Source: Octopus sinensis
Taxonomy: Eukaryota
Direction: 5' to 3'
Length of the DNA stretch: 64,000 nucleotides
NCBI RefSeq assembly: GCF_006345805.1
Contig: NC_043022.1
Coordinates: forward strand, 15,624,001 to 15,688,000
In this document: piece by piece, positions 62,801 through 64,000 of the stretch
Layout: every line of letters begins with the position of its first letter
Position numbering within the stretch: the first letter of the stretch is position 1
Program-made: the position numbers and the translations under genes
The notes under the pieces: generated by a model
The model's input: the letters and a program-made list of their open reading frames with translations, nothing else
What the model was told of the DNA's origin: nothing
Databases searched by the model: none

Positions 62801-64000
62801 GTCTGTGTGCATGTGAGTGTGTGTGTGTCTGTGTGCATGTGAGTGTGTGTGTGTCTGTGTGCATGTGGAGTGTGTGTGTGTCTGTGTGCATGTGAGTGTG
62901 TGTGTGTCTGTGTGCATGTGAGTGTGTGTGTCTGTGTGCATGTGAGTGTGTGTGTCTGTGTGCATGTGATTGTGTGTGTGTCTGTGGCATGTGAGTGTGT
63001 GTGTGTCTGTGTGTGCATGTGAGTGTGGTGTGTGTCTGTGTGCATGTGAGTGTGTGTGTGTGTGTTGTGTGCATGTGAGTGTGTGTGTGTCTGTGTGCAT
63101 GTGAGTGTGTGTGTGTCTGTGTGCATGTGAGTGTGTGTGTGTCTGTGTGCATGTGAGTGTGTGTGTGTCTGTGTGCATGGAGTGTGTGGTGTGTCTGTGT
63201 GCATGTGAGTGTGTGTGTGTCTGTGTGCATGTGAGTGGTGTGTGTCTGTGTGCATGTGAGTGTGTGTGTGTCTGTGTGCATGTGAGTGTGTGTGTGTGGT
63301 GTGCATGTGAGTGTGTGTGTGTCTGTGTGCATGTGAGTGTGTGTGTGTCTGTGTGCAGTGAGTGTGTGTGTGTCTGTGAGCATGTGAGTGTGTGTGTGTC
63401 TGTGTGCATGTGAGTGTGTGTGTGTCTGTGTGCATGTGAGTGTGTGTGTGTCTGTGTGCATGTGAGTGTGTGTGTGTCTGTGTGCATGTGAGTGTGTGTG
63501 TGTCTGTGTGAATGTGAGTGTGTGTGTGTCTGTGAGCATGTGAGTGTGTGTGTGTCTGTGTGCATGTGAGTGTGTGTGTGTCTGTGTGCATTGAGTGTGT
63601 TGTGTGTCTGTGTGCATGTGAGTGTGTGTGTGTCTGTGTGCATGTGAGTGTGTGTGTGTCTGTGTGCATGTGAGTGTGTGTGTGTCTGTGTGCATGTGAG
63701 TGTGTGTGTGTCTGTGTGCATGTGAGTGTGTGTGTGTCTGTGTGCATGTGAGTGTGTGTGTGTCTGTGTGCATGTGAGTGTGTGTGTGTCTGTGTGCATG
63801 TGAGTGTGTGTGTGTCTGTGTGCATGTGAGTGTGTGTGTGTCTGTGAGCATGTGAGTGTGTGTGTGTCTGTGTGCATGTGAGTGTGTGTGTGTCTGTGTG
63901 CATGTGAGTGTGTGTGTGTCTGTGTGCATGTGAGTGTGTGTGTGTGTCTGTGTGCATGTGTGTGTGTGTGTGTATGTGTTTGTGCATGTGTGTCTGTATG
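56835..64000. repeat. Satellite array of a 26-bp (TG)-derived unit gtctgtgtgcatgtgagtgtgtgtgt, >7 kb, continues past the window
   Basis: Hundreds of copies; variant marker gggtgtatgtgtttgtgcatgtgtgtacgcg at ~56935, ~57888, ~60342, partial ~63965. Confidence 0.97.

Noticed and set aside
56726-63987. 2383-aa and 2371-aa His/Thr-rich ORFs
   Set aside because: The 26-bp unit has no stop in any minus frame, so all three frames give the same peptide; indels shift frame freely. Satellite artefact.

Overview
AT-rich, repeat-saturated eukaryotic genomic DNA. An octopod cephalopod (Octopus-like) origin is inferred from the SINE families, the (TA)n/(CA)n/(CAT)n density and the invertebrate-type SIN1; this could not be checked against a database. 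The one securely identified protein-coding gene is a full-length, intronless minus-strand SIN1/MAPKAP1 (mTORC2 subunit, 30423-32132), lying at the edge of a CpG-rich, low-complexity island (~31.7-35.3 kb). The rest is at least four tRNA-derived SINE families (dozens of copies), 3' ends of RTE-like and CR1/L2-like LINEs, non-autonomous Helitrons, hAT/piggyBac/Kolobok-like MITEs, fold-back palindromes, several minisatellites and a >7 kb 26-bp satellite running off the right end. Most long ORFs in the supplied track are microsatellite artefacts. Main observations: (1) two invariant SIN1 N-terminal residues (D23, C27) are encoded as N (AAT) and Y (TAC), each one A-to-I edit from the conserved residue; (2) minimal type I hammerhead ribozyme motifs occur in dispersed Penelope-pLTR-like elements; (3) a 3'-terminal stem-loop with compensatory changes is shared by the dominant SINE and the CR1-like LINE ends; (4) a near-perfect 314-bp palindrome sits between an inverted SINE pair; (5) a minisatellite carries two E-box types per unit; (6) low-confidence exons suggest a further minus-strand gene.
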